IMG/VR virus record: IMGVR_UViG_3300033070_001087
Location: 1-16,176 of that record
DNA length: 16,176 bases
From: a virus
Taxonomy: Duplodnaviria; Heunggongvirae; Uroviricota; Caudoviricetes
Strand: one strand, 5' to 3'
The notes under the pieces were generated by a model. That model was not told the origin of the DNA, made no database searches, and was given only the letters and a program-made list of their open reading frames with translations. Shown piece after piece: positions 1 to 9,449 of the stretch (position 1 is the stretch's first letter; every line of letters starts with the position of its first letter). A program made the position numbers and the translations under genes.

Positions 1-287
1 ATACCTTCCATAAATTTTAATGGAATGTTTACTACTGCTTTACCTACACCATGCATCCATTGCTCAGTAGATGATTGAGCATTAGACATCTGATTCTCCA
101 TTTCAATGTATCCTCTCTCGGGATTCATTGAATTAAAAGTAGGAGATTGAATATACTTGCTAGCTTTATCTGCATCATAATTCTCAATGATGTTTGAAGA
201 TAAAGGTTGTAATAAAGATTTATTATTTTCTAATGTATATTCTAAAGGTGCTGGTTCTTTTGATACTATATCAATTACTTTTGGCAT
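1..287 (-). CDS. N-terminal fragment (95 codons, runs off the window) of a probable large virion cargo protein, candidate virion RNA polymerase or RNAP-associated cargo
   Basis: Not in the ORF track. Manual translation from ATG at 287-285 is open to the window edge: MPKVIDIVSKEPAPLEYTLENNKSLLQPLSSNIIENYDADKASKYIQSPTFNSMNPERGYIEMENQMSNAQSSTEQWMHGVGKAVVNIPLKFMEG. It starts 2 nt after the previous stop. The 'AQSSTEQWMHGVGK' segment resembles N-termini I associate with giant crAss-like cargo proteins. It is the third gene after the muzzle. No catalytic motif is visible in this fragment. Confidence 0.6.
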   Translation of the reverse strand, partial: MPKVIDIVSKEPAPLEYTLENNKSLLQPLSSNIIENYDADKASKYIQSPTFNSMNPERGYIEMENQMSNAQSSTEQWMHGVGKAVVNIPLKFMEG

Positions 288-289
288 TA

Positions 290-2509
290 TTATTTTCCTG
301 TTGTTATAAGTCCTGAAACTATTTTTTGTTTTAATTCTTCTATATTATTATATATAAATATTGTTCCTTTTAGTTGACCATTAGTTACTTGAACTGAGCG
401 ATCACCAATCTTCTTATATTGAAGATTTAAAACAGGATCGGTAACATTCTGTCCAATTTGTGCCCCAGCAATATCATTTGCTGATTTAGATATTGAAGGA
501 CTAAATGCATTAATATCTTGTGAGTTAAAAGACTCTTGTACACCTTGTCGTACATTATCTCTTGCTTGATTTCCTGCATCATTAAGATTTAAATTAGAAT
601 AATACTTAGCTGTTTTCATTAATCCATTTGCAAATGCAACAGTAGCACCATTATTCTTAGATTGAGTAGTAGGTGAAAGTTTTACTGTTTGTGTTTCTCC
701 TTCTTTATTTGCTAGTGTAATAGTAATACCTTGTGGTGAATTCCTTTCGTTTGATTGAGAAGATATTTTTACACCTCTAACTTCTGTAAATTTACCTTCT
801 TTTAATAATTCAGTTAATGTTCCTCCTTTTTTAGTTGAAGTATCATAATAATTAAATCCTTCTTTAAAAGCATCTAATCCATCAATAGTCGATATTTGTT
901 TCAAATAAGGATCTTTAAAATCTTTAGGAACAGCCCATGATATACCTTGTGCAGTTTTTGGAGTAACATTTTTCATCGAATTGTATGTTTCTTTTAAATT
1001 ATTTTGTAAAGTTCTAATATTTTTGTCTTTCATAATATTAAAGGTAGGCATACCATATAAATGATCTTGATCTAATCCAGTAGATATATTTGGTATATCG
1101 GTTTCTGCTCCAAGATATCCAGTATATAAACTTTTTAAACCTTTCCAAAATCCATCTTTTTTAAACGTATGTTCAGTTCTATAACCTTGACTTTCAAGAT
1201 ATTTTTTAGCAACTCCTTCATTAAAGTAAACATCATCACCACCATTAACAGGATCGTTATGAGATAAAGTCATCATATTTATCATTACTTCTTCTGGAAT
1301 TGTAGTTCCATCAACAGATTTTGTATTAGACACAATTTCTTTCCATTCTGGTTTTAATAATTTTTTACCATTTTTAACTTCATATACTGTATTTAAAATA
1401 GTTTGTTTTATAGGATCCATAAGATTTAACATTTCAGATGTTTGAGTTGGTGATCCATTATATGTTTGTTGCATTTTATTTACATCACCTTGAAAATCTG
1501 CTGAATTTAAACTATAATCTTCTGTAGTTGGCAATAAAGGTAATTCTTCTTTATCAGCTACTTCATTAGCTCTAGTCCAAAATTTAAACCAAGGTTCATC
1601 AGTTCCAATTGAATGTCTTTTTCTATCTTCTTCAACTACTCCTAATCCTACCATTGCTCCATGTATTGCAGATGCTGATGGATTATAAGGATTTAAATCA
1701 GAAATCATTATTGGTTTTCCATCAATATCTTTTAAACCAGAATCTCTAGGTTCTAATAATAAAGGAATGGATTCTTGTCCTAAATTACCTAATCGAACTC
1801 TTTGTGCTAATGATGAATTATAATCAGGATTAGACATAAGAATTTCTGTAAGAGTTTGTTTTACTCTTTCAGGAGGAATTTGTTTTAATAATTGCTCATC
1901 TGTATATTTATATCCATTACCACCTAATATATCTCTTTCTCTTTGAACAAGAGTAGATTTAATCATATCTTTATTGTCATTAACAAATTTGGATGAATCA
2001 AAAAATGGAACTAAATTTTCAGTTGATATAGAACCAGCCCTAGCTCCACCTTTCTTGTCATAAGCATTCATAAATGTTTCAGCAGCTTGATTTACATAAG
2101 TAGGATCTAAATCTTTATTATCTAATTGTTTTTTATACCAATCATTAAAGGCTGCATAATTACTTTGTAGTTTACCAACTACTTGATCTGGTCTAAATAA
2201 TTTTGACACATTCTTTGCATGTGTACCTATATCATTTCTTAATCCTCTTAAATCTCCATTACCTTGCTTTGCAATTATTCCTTCAATTCCTTTGTCAATA
2301 TAACCATATGTTTCATTAGCTAATTTAACATCTTCTGGATTCGTCAAATAATTAAATTGAACATTACCAATAGCATCTAAACCAGCTCTAGCTTGATCTT
2401 GTTGTTGTTGTGCAACTAATAGACCTTGCTTCATCTGTTCATAAGGTAACTGAAAAAACGAAGGCTGAGGAATCTCAGCAGGTACCATAAATCTATTTAT
2501 ATCTGCCAT
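290..2509 (-). CDS. Putative virion cargo (ejection) protein 2, 739 aa
   Basis: Long ORF coupled to the upstream gene by a TAATG overlap. The N-terminus 'NRFMVPAEIPQPSFFQLPYEQMKQGLLVAQQQQDQ' resembles crAss-like cargo protein starts. It is the second gene after the muzzle. No enzymatic motif recognised. Confidence 0.6.
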   Translation of the reverse strand: MADINRFMVPAEIPQPSFFQLPYEQMKQGLLVAQQQQDQARAGLDAIGNVQFNYLTNPEDVKLANETYGYIDKGIEGIIAKQGNGDLRGLRNDIGTHAKNVSKLFRPDQVVGKLQSNYAAFNDWYKKQLDNKDLDPTYVNQAAETFMNAYDKKGGARAGSISTENLVPFFDSSKFVNDNKDMIKSTLVQRERDILGGNGYKYTDEQLLKQIPPERVKQTLTEILMSNPDYNSSLAQRVRLGNLGQESIPLLLEPRDSGLKDIDGKPIMISDLNPYNPSASAIHGAMVGLGVVEEDRKRHSIGTDEPWFKFWTRANEVADKEELPLLPTTEDYSLNSADFQGDVNKMQQTYNGSPTQTSEMLNLMDPIKQTILNTVYEVKNGKKLLKPEWKEIVSNTKSVDGTTIPEEVMINMMTLSHNDPVNGGDDVYFNEGVAKKYLESQGYRTEHTFKKDGFWKGLKSLYTGYLGAETDIPNISTGLDQDHLYGMPTFNIMKDKNIRTLQNNLKETYNSMKNVTPKTAQGISWAVPKDFKDPYLKQISTIDGLDAFKEGFNYYDTSTKKGGTLTELLKEGKFTEVRGVKISSQSNERNSPQGITITLANKEGETQTVKLSPTTQSKNNGATVAFANGLMKTAKYYSNLNLNDAGNQARDNVRQGVQESFNSQDINAFSPSISKSANDIAGAQIGQNVTDPVLNLQYKKIGDRSVQVTNGQLKGTIFIYNNIEELKQKIVSGLITTGK

Positions 2510-5079
2510 TATTTTCCTTTTTTAGTTGTTGTAGTTGTAAATGTCATTGGTGGATAAAGAGTTTTTTTATTAACAGGTAAGCCAAGATCTTGTGTTACTT
2601 TAACAACTTGACCATCTTCGGCTCTTCCTGTATTAGCAGGTAAGTATTGATACTTAGAGCCATTAAAATAGAAATAGCCACTTTCATCCACTTGTCCTCG
2701 ATCATATAGATCTTTTAATTTTTTAACATCAAAATCTGGAGATAACTCTGATAATGATTTTGCTAAAATTGTATTAGTTAATGATTGATTAGAAGCTTGT
2801 CCAACAGCAGCTATACCTTGGCCTAATTGAGTCATTGCTTTAGCCATAAACGCTTGTTTAGCAGCTTTGTTTTGAGCATTAACTCCAGCTTGTCTGATAC
2901 CTTCTTGTCTTAAAGTTTCACCCAAATTGTTCTTAACTTGGGCTTCTTCTGCTCTATAACCATTATTTATTTCTTGTGCTTTACCAGTTATACTAGCCAA
3001 ACTATTAACATAGTTAGCTTGAGCTTTTTGCATATTAGCTAATTTAACTCCTACTGAAGAAGCATTATCTGATATATTTTGGTTATTAGTTTCATTAGCC
3101 ATAGTAGCTTCATTAATAAAAGGTTGAGCATCGAATCGTCTATTTTGCATTAGTCCTACTACCTCATTTTGATAAGGATTAGTATAAAACTTTTCTTTCT
3201 CTGCTGGTTTTAATCCCATTGCAAAATTATATAAAGTTCCAGGTAACATAGAAGCCAACCCAAGTTTATCTCCAGTAGTTAAATTTTTAAATAAACCATT
3301 TCTACCAGTTGCTGTTTTAGGAGTATTATAAACTCCAATACCAGTACCAAAATCATCTCCTGGTTTTTCAATATCAATACCATTAGCATCTTGTTGAGGA
3401 CCAGATGGTAAATTACCATTAAATAATGGTGCATTAATTGTTGGAGTACCAGTTATATTAGTACTTGTTGTAGATGCATTAATTGGAACACCTTTACTAT
3501 CTGAATCAGATATTAACTTAGAATATTCAGAACCATGTTTAGCCCAAGCATTTTGAGTTTCAGGTCCCCATTTACCATCAATACCATATTTAGGTAGCAT
3601 GGTATTATCTTTATCTTTAACCCAATTCTGGAACATTCCTATTCCAGTATTCATATAAGGTTTATTTGTTAAACCTGCATACATATTAGAATCAGGATAT
3701 ACTCCTGAATTATTATAAAATAAATTACTCCATTGAGAATAAGGATCACCTGCTAACTCATTTGGAGCACCACTATTTGCAAACTTTCTTAAATCTTTAC
3801 CATATTTAGCTTGTATTCTTTTTACATCTTTAGACATATCTAATTGTTCTTTTATTTGTCTAGCTTGTTCAGCATCTTGGGTTAATTTATTTAACTCTAA
3901 TTCTTTAGTTTTCTCAGCTAAAGGATCTTTCTTCTTAGAATATTTTCTTTCAATAGACTTAGCTTTATCTGCAAATGTTTTAGCAACATCATTTATATTA
4001 ATAGTTGGCATATCATTTTTATCATATCCTAATCTATCAGAATAAATATATTGTTCATTACCATTTAGAGCTAAAGGAGTTCCACCTTGTTCATGCTTTT
4101 GTCCCTCAATATTCTGTATATTATTATCTGGACCTAGCATAGCTTCACCCTGTTCAGCTTCAATATCTGCTTGGTTAGGAGGAACACCACCTAATGCATA
4201 TTGAAATTTACCTTTAGGTATATAAGTATTACCTTTCCACATTCCACCTGGATTCTCAGGAATACTATATAAGCTTTCATTAGAGAAAGTAGGATGATTA
4301 GGTCTTTTGTACATGTCAGTAAAGTGATTACTAATACTACCTTTTAGATCACCGTTCTTATAATAAGAATAATAATCATAATCTAAACTATCAGAATAAG
4401 GAACTTTATTTTGACCTTCTAAAGTATTTGCTTTATACCAATCTTGAAATTTAGTATCAGTTTTAGCATCATTTTGATTAAACAATTTTCCACCGTTAGC
4501 ATAAGTAGGTACGCCAAAAGAGAAGTTGTTAGCATTTTTATTAACAGCTTCATACTTTTTATTCATTCTTTTATCTCCATCATAATTTATAAAACCAGAT
4601 GCTCCAGGTAAAAAAGAAAGTATCTTTTGTCCTGTAGTTAGATTTCTATTATGAAGATTTCCTAATCCTGCTTGAAAAGGATCTGTAAAACCTCTTGTTA
4701 TTTTTTCACCTTTTTCTCCACCAATAGCTCCTCCAATTCCATTAGCCATTTTTTCAATACCCCTAAAAAATCCTATAAAAGGATTTGATTGAGCCAGTTG
4801 ATCTTTACCTGCTTCTAATGATTTTTGTTCAGAAGTAAGTTCTACTTTTGAAGGAATAGAACTACCTACACCATTCATAATTCCACCAGCCATTCCAAAT
4901 TTAGAACTGTTATTTTTAGTAGAAAAATCAGGTGTACTACTCATACCAGAATCATAACCTTGTAACATATTGGAATCTGCTAATGGTACAGTTGGTCCTT
5001 GTAATTCATTATTTGAACCAAATAAGTTACCACTATAACCAAACTTTGGTAAGGTTTTATTTTTTGCTTTTTTCTTCAT
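2509..5079 (-). CDS. Putative virion cargo (ejection) protein 1, 856 aa, modular
   Basis: Lies directly downstream of the muzzle gene. Contains the 'IEAEQGE...KHEQGG...YIYSDRL' block typical of crAss-like virion proteins, repeated [FY][AG]xxG motifs, an 'NHPTFSNES' domain, a peptidoglycan-binding-like 'DGKWGPET' motif and an Ala/Gln/Asn-rich helical C-terminal third. Confidence 0.7.
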   Translation of the reverse strand: MKKKAKNKTLPKFGYSGNLFGSNNELQGPTVPLADSNMLQGYDSGMSSTPDFSTKNNSSKFGMAGGIMNGVGSSIPSKVELTSEQKSLEAGKDQLAQSNPFIGFFRGIEKMANGIGGAIGGEKGEKITRGFTDPFQAGLGNLHNRNLTTGQKILSFLPGASGFINYDGDKRMNKKYEAVNKNANNFSFGVPTYANGGKLFNQNDAKTDTKFQDWYKANTLEGQNKVPYSDSLDYDYYSYYKNGDLKGSISNHFTDMYKRPNHPTFSNESLYSIPENPGGMWKGNTYIPKGKFQYALGGVPPNQADIEAEQGEAMLGPDNNIQNIEGQKHEQGGTPLALNGNEQYIYSDRLGYDKNDMPTININDVAKTFADKAKSIERKYSKKKDPLAEKTKELELNKLTQDAEQARQIKEQLDMSKDVKRIQAKYGKDLRKFANSGAPNELAGDPYSQWSNLFYNNSGVYPDSNMYAGLTNKPYMNTGIGMFQNWVKDKDNTMLPKYGIDGKWGPETQNAWAKHGSEYSKLISDSDSKGVPINASTTSTNITGTPTINAPLFNGNLPSGPQQDANGIDIEKPGDDFGTGIGVYNTPKTATGRNGLFKNLTTGDKLGLASMLPGTLYNFAMGLKPAEKEKFYTNPYQNEVVGLMQNRRFDAQPFINEATMANETNNQNISDNASSVGVKLANMQKAQANYVNSLASITGKAQEINNGYRAEEAQVKNNLGETLRQEGIRQAGVNAQNKAAKQAFMAKAMTQLGQGIAAVGQASNQSLTNTILAKSLSELSPDFDVKKLKDLYDRGQVDESGYFYFNGSKYQYLPANTGRAEDGQVVKVTQDLGLPVNKKTLYPPMTFTTTTTKKGK

Positions 5080-5094
5080 AATTTTTATAAAGTG

Positions 5095-5126
5095 TAAATA
5101 TAAGAAATTTTTTTTAAATTATCAAA
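5095..5126 (-). promoter_or_regulatory. Candidate Bacteroidota primary-sigma promoter for the cargo operon (TTTG-N20-TATATTTA)
   Basis: The minus strand reads TTTG (5126-5123), a 20-nt spacer, then TATATTTA (5102-5095). This is one mismatch from the -33 TTTG / -7 TAnnTTTG consensus and lies in a 68-nt intergenic gap, 15 nt before the ATG. Confidence 0.5.
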
Positions 5127-5139
5127 ATAGCTGATAATT
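5117..5139. repeat. Perfect 8-bp inverted repeat AATTATCA-N7-TGATAATT
   Basis: Read directly: aattatca (5117-5124), aaatagc, tgataatt (5132-5139). It overlaps the candidate -33 element. Confidence 0.75.
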
Positions 5140-5147
5140 AATATTGA

Positions 5148-8100
5148 TTATCGGTAAGAAATATTATTTATACTTGAAAATAAATCTGTTGTAATTTTAA
5201 AGTCTTCTTTTGTATTAGAAAATAATCTAACTAAGTTATATTTATCTCTAAATCTTTCAAGTTCATATAAATCTTTATTATGATCAAGTACTAAACTATT
5301 AGGAACCTTATCTATAAAATAAGAGTTTTTAATACTATTCCATTCATTAGTAAATAAAGCTTTACTTCTATCTGTAATTAAATCTCTAAAATTACTTATT
5401 TTCCAGGTCTTCTCATTCTTAGAGCCAAGTACGCTGAAAGTATCATTATCAAAATTATAATAATCAATTCTTTCATCTCTCTTAACTTTAATAGGTCTAA
5501 TATCAGAACTTTGATAAGAGTTATATATTAAAACTTTATCAAAAGTATTATAGTCTTTATCAATCCAATAATTCTTATTAGAATCTAAGAGTTCAAATTT
5601 AGATATATATTCAATACTATCTAATGTTTTAGTAATAGTTGAATCTTTATTGAGAACATATTCAACTATGTGATCATATTTCTTTCCATAAAAATTCTGA
5701 TAATTATACTTATCATGTCTCCAAATTTTTGAAGAATCATTTGTTGATGAGTAAAAATTAATTGAATCATTAAAATAAAAATTAGGTAAATAAGAATGCC
5801 AGCTAACCCAAGAATTAGACAAGAAAGAATAAGATACTGTCCATGACATATCTATAAATTGTTCTTTATTATTAACATCATAAGTAGGATATAACAATGG
5901 ATTAAATACATTAGGGTTTAAACATTGATAATCTTTCTTAGTAATTATAATTCTTTTATGTCTAGGATCATATGTTGTAAAGAAACCAGTACCGTTTTTT
6001 ATTGCTGGTTGATTGGTTAACGGATAATCTTTTCCAAATAACTTTCTATATTGTTTATCTAAGTTTAAATTAATATTTTCAGTAAACCAATTTCTTAATC
6101 CATTATCAGATAACTCTTTTAGTTGTTGATCTAATACAAATACTTTACCTGTTAAATCGTTAATAAATATAGTTCCAAATTCTGTAGATTTAGTTCCCCA
6201 TTTACATTTAGAACCAGTATATCCATAATCAATAGAAACCATTTCTCTTGGTGGAACTGAAAAGAATTCTCCAGTACCAACATATAGAGTTGTTTGATCT
6301 GTATTAATTTGATAAGGTTTGGTAATAATTCTAAATAATGACTTATCTGTATGAGCATATAATTCATCAAAGTTTACAAATAGATTTGTTATTTCACCTG
6401 TATTAGCAGGTAAATCACGATAATTGTTAGCTAGAAAAATTCTATAGTTGTCCACTCTAGCTTCTTGATTTCCAGTTTCAGAATAAATTATTCTTGTTGG
6501 AAATTGTTCAGCACAATCTTTACAAAACTCATAATTAAGATCTAAAGAGAATGAAGGTTTAACTGAATCAGACTTGGAATAATCTTTATTATATAAGTAT
6601 TTATTTTTTAAATAAGTATTAGTTTGCCATGGTGATGTACCCCCTAATGTTAAATCATCAAAATTAATTGAATAACCGTTCCAATCTAAATTCAAAAAGT
6701 CTATATATGTTCCAGAGAAAAAATCCCAAAAATTATTATTCTTATCTCCTGAATTAGTAATATCAATATGTCTTAATTCTGTATTAATTTCACTTTCAAC
6801 AAAATAAGTAACTAAACATTTATCTACTTCAAAGTCAATTGAATTTTTATCACAAAGAACTCCAGAACAATTACCATTATCTTTACATCGTTTAGTAAAT
6901 GCTGATTTAAAGAAACTAAATTGCGTAATAAAACAATCACCACCAAATTGAATAGTTTTATTTATATTTTTATTTATTAATGAATTATGTACTTTAAAAT
7001 ATTTTCTTAAATTTATTTGCCCATATGCAACTCTATTATAAAGTTTTAAACTAGCATATATAACATTAATATCTCCATTATCACCAAATGCATCAGAAGA
7101 TGATACAGTATCTATAGTATCATTTAATTCAAAAACTAATGCTTCTTGAGCATTATTATTTAAAAAAGTATTTGTAAGATATCCTTGTTCAACTTCATTA
7201 TCAGGCTCAATATAAATTGGATCTTTGAATAAAGTTAAATTAGTTTGTTGATTCGATTTAATATAATTATTATTATATTTTGCATGATAGTAACCACGAC
7301 TAATTTCATTATCAGCCTTATTTTCATAGAATGATTCTAAATTACCTGATAATATTCTTTCAGTCTTTAAATAAGCTGAGCTAAATGCTGACTTATAGAA
7401 CTTAGACACAGGTCCATGAAAAGATACATTTTTATGATCATATAATATATTTGAAGCTCCTTCATTATAATACGTTTCTCCACAACTTGTATCAATAGAT
7501 GAATAGTTAGGTATAAAAGGAAAATCATTTCCCTGCTCTCTATGATGTCTACCTGCTATAGTAGTTTGTACATAGTAGTCTTTATCATCATCAGAATCAA
7601 TATGAATATTATTTAATATAGCATTCTCATAAATAATACTTTTATCTAAGATAGTTTTATTGTTATGATTTCTTTCTTCTGATACAATATAGTATCCTAA
7701 TATATCATTTTGATAAGTTGGAGGAACTAAAATATTAAAGAACTCTAAACCTAAAGGTAAAATATAATTACTTTCATTAGATAAAACAAAATGTTCTTCT
7801 AATGTAGTATCTGGCATTTTATGATGTCTGATTTTTTGACCTACTATTTTACCACCAATTTCTTCTACTGGATAGATATAATTATCACTACAATCTTTAG
7901 TTGTAGGATATCTCTCTTCTGATTCATAGTAAGCTAATTCACCTCTTGAATAAAATTCATCATTTGTTGAATTAAGTTCTGTTCTATAAGCTGTATTATA
8001 TGCTTTCCATCTTGGACAGTATCTTAAACCTCCAATTATAGTAAAATCATTTGCTATAAGAAATTTAAAATCAGGTAACAAATTACCACTATTTTCAGCT

Positions 8101-9449
8101 AATATTAATGCAGAATCCCATCCTGTATCAGTATTACCTGTATTGTTATTAGGACGAGAGTGAGTATTTGGATCTGATGTTGGAAATGCTGAAATTTTAT
8201 TCGGTGTATTCTTTTGTCTACCTGGAATGTGAAAAGCTGGAGTTTCAGTTCCATCTTTAAATACCCAAACTATACCTTTAGAATATATTTCATCTCTCAT
8301 TTGAGTTTTAAGTTCAGTATAATATTTACCTGATTTAGCTAAACCTGATATCGATGATGAATTACTATTGTCATGTTTAATTGGTTTAGTTACATAGTTT
8401 ACTTTTATTTGAGTTGCTAATCTTTGAAATTCTGAATAGTCTATAACTTTACCTTTAACATTTCCTTTAATCAATCTATTATCAGTTTGAGTAATAGTTT
8501 CAGAAACATCATAAGGATTGGTTGATACGATTACTTGATCATAAGTTAATTGAGTAGTTCCATCAATAGTAATATCTGATAATGTATAACTAAATATGTC
8601 AGATGTAATAGCAACTTTGTCTACGTTGTAATATGTAGTAACACCATTTTTGGTGTATCCAGCAATAACATTAACATAGTTAAATTTTTGATCTATGTTA
8701 ATAATATCAAAGCTGATAGATTTATTTGTTGTTGGAAATATAAGAGGATCTCCACCAGTAATGTTTTTATACTCTGAACCGTAGTTACCATATACAATAG
8801 GTATAGGTAAAGTATACCCAAAGTAATCTGTTCCATTACCATAAGTATCTTCATACTGAAGTATAATTTGATATACTCCCATTCCTAAGTTACCACCTGA
8901 ATTGTTAACAACTATATTATCAATTGATGCTAAATTAAGATCTCTTTTATTCTTAATAAGTTCACAATCAAAATAACCTTGATCATTTAAATAGGAATGT
9001 GATGTAGGATTCTTTAATATATTATCTATATTAACAACTCTATCTGAATTTAATCCATCTACAAAGTAAATAACTCTGTCACATCCATTAAGTATTCTAT
9101 ATACTCCTTGAACTTGATTTTGAAAATTTAAACAATCTCCTTCTAATAATGTTTGATATGTACAATTCTCTAAATTAGCTAATATAATACTATCTTTAGC
9201 ATTAGAGCTTTTTAGAAATAATATAATTTCAGAATCTAATAATAATATAGAACCAACTGGATAGCTATTCTTAGGTAAGTTAAGACATTCGTAATTACCA
9301 GATTCATTAGATAAACTCATTAAATTAGAGTTATTTTCTGATTCGTTAATTGCATTTAAAGCAAAACGATAAGTACCTTCTGGTTGATGAAGTTCTCTTA
9401 AATCAAGATTTAGTCCTCTATTAAAAACATTGTTTTGTTGTGAAGCCAT
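5148..9449 (-). CDS. Tail stabilisation / muzzle protein (P22 gp10-like, crAss-like), 1433 aa
   Basis: N-terminus 'FNRGLNLD...PEGTYRFALNAINES' and the blocks 'MRDEIYSKGIVWVFKDGTETPAFHIPGR', 'FGGDCFI', 'FPTRIIYSE', 'DNYRIFLANNYRDLP', 'YDPRHKRIIIT' and 'WVSWHSYLP' are characteristic of crAss-like stabilisation proteins. Size and position between a ring gene and the cargo genes agree. Confidence 0.85.
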   Translation of the reverse strand: MASQQNNVFNRGLNLDLRELHQPEGTYRFALNAINESENNSNLMSLSNESGNYECLNLPKNSYPVGSILLLDSEIILFLKSSNAKDSIILANLENCTYQTLLEGDCLNFQNQVQGVYRILNGCDRVIYFVDGLNSDRVVNIDNILKNPTSHSYLNDQGYFDCELIKNKRDLNLASIDNIVVNNSGGNLGMGVYQIILQYEDTYGNGTDYFGYTLPIPIVYGNYGSEYKNITGGDPLIFPTTNKSISFDIINIDQKFNYVNVIAGYTKNGVTTYYNVDKVAITSDIFSYTLSDITIDGTTQLTYDQVIVSTNPYDVSETITQTDNRLIKGNVKGKVIDYSEFQRLATQIKVNYVTKPIKHDNSNSSSISGLAKSGKYYTELKTQMRDEIYSKGIVWVFKDGTETPAFHIPGRQKNTPNKISAFPTSDPNTHSRPNNNTGNTDTGWDSALILAENSGNLLPDFKFLIANDFTIIGGLRYCPRWKAYNTAYRTELNSTNDEFYSRGELAYYESEERYPTTKDCSDNYIYPVEEIGGKIVGQKIRHHKMPDTTLEEHFVLSNESNYILPLGLEFFNILVPPTYQNDILGYYIVSEERNHNNKTILDKSIIYENAILNNIHIDSDDDKDYYVQTTIAGRHHREQGNDFPFIPNYSSIDTSCGETYYNEGASNILYDHKNVSFHGPVSKFYKSAFSSAYLKTERILSGNLESFYENKADNEISRGYYHAKYNNNYIKSNQQTNLTLFKDPIYIEPDNEVEQGYLTNTFLNNNAQEALVFELNDTIDTVSSSDAFGDNGDINVIYASLKLYNRVAYGQINLRKYFKVHNSLINKNINKTIQFGGDCFITQFSFFKSAFTKRCKDNGNCSGVLCDKNSIDFEVDKCLVTYFVESEINTELRHIDITNSGDKNNNFWDFFSGTYIDFLNLDWNGYSINFDDLTLGGTSPWQTNTYLKNKYLYNKDYSKSDSVKPSFSLDLNYEFCKDCAEQFPTRIIYSETGNQEARVDNYRIFLANNYRDLPANTGEITNLFVNFDELYAHTDKSLFRIITKPYQINTDQTTLYVGTGEFFSVPPREMVSIDYGYTGSKCKWGTKSTEFGTIFINDLTGKVFVLDQQLKELSDNGLRNWFTENINLNLDKQYRKLFGKDYPLTNQPAIKNGTGFFTTYDPRHKRIIITKKDYQCLNPNVFNPLLYPTYDVNNKEQFIDMSWTVSYSFLSNSWVSWHSYLPNFYFNDSINFYSSTNDSSKIWRHDKYNYQNFYGKKYDHIVEYVLNKDSTITKTLDSIEYISKFELLDSNKNYWIDKDYNTFDKVLIYNSYQSSDIRPIKVKRDERIDYYNFDNDTFSVLGSKNEKTWKISNFRDLITDRSKALFTNEWNSIKNSYFIDKVPNSLVLDHNKDLYELERFRDKYNLVRLFSNTKEDFKITTDLFSSINNISYR

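Noticed and set aside
2521-2545. Short imperfect trinucleotide repeat encoding TTTTT at the end of cargo 1
   Set aside because: Too short and degenerate to suggest phase variation; ordinary low-complexity coding sequence.
5117-5139. Rho-independent terminator after the muzzle gene
   Set aside because: The stem is AT-rich and followed by an A-run rather than a U-run on the coding strand. It is kept only as a possible operator.
6152-6370. 72-aa alternative-frame ORF inside the muzzle gene
   Set aside because: Fully nested in a conserved part of a long gene. Its Leu/Ile/Gln-rich composition is typical of off-frame AT-rich sequence, and it has no motif.
5148-9449. Intein or intron in the long muzzle gene
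   Set aside because: The frame is uninterrupted, the length is in line with this protein class, and there are no intein splice motifs or LAGLIDADG blocks.
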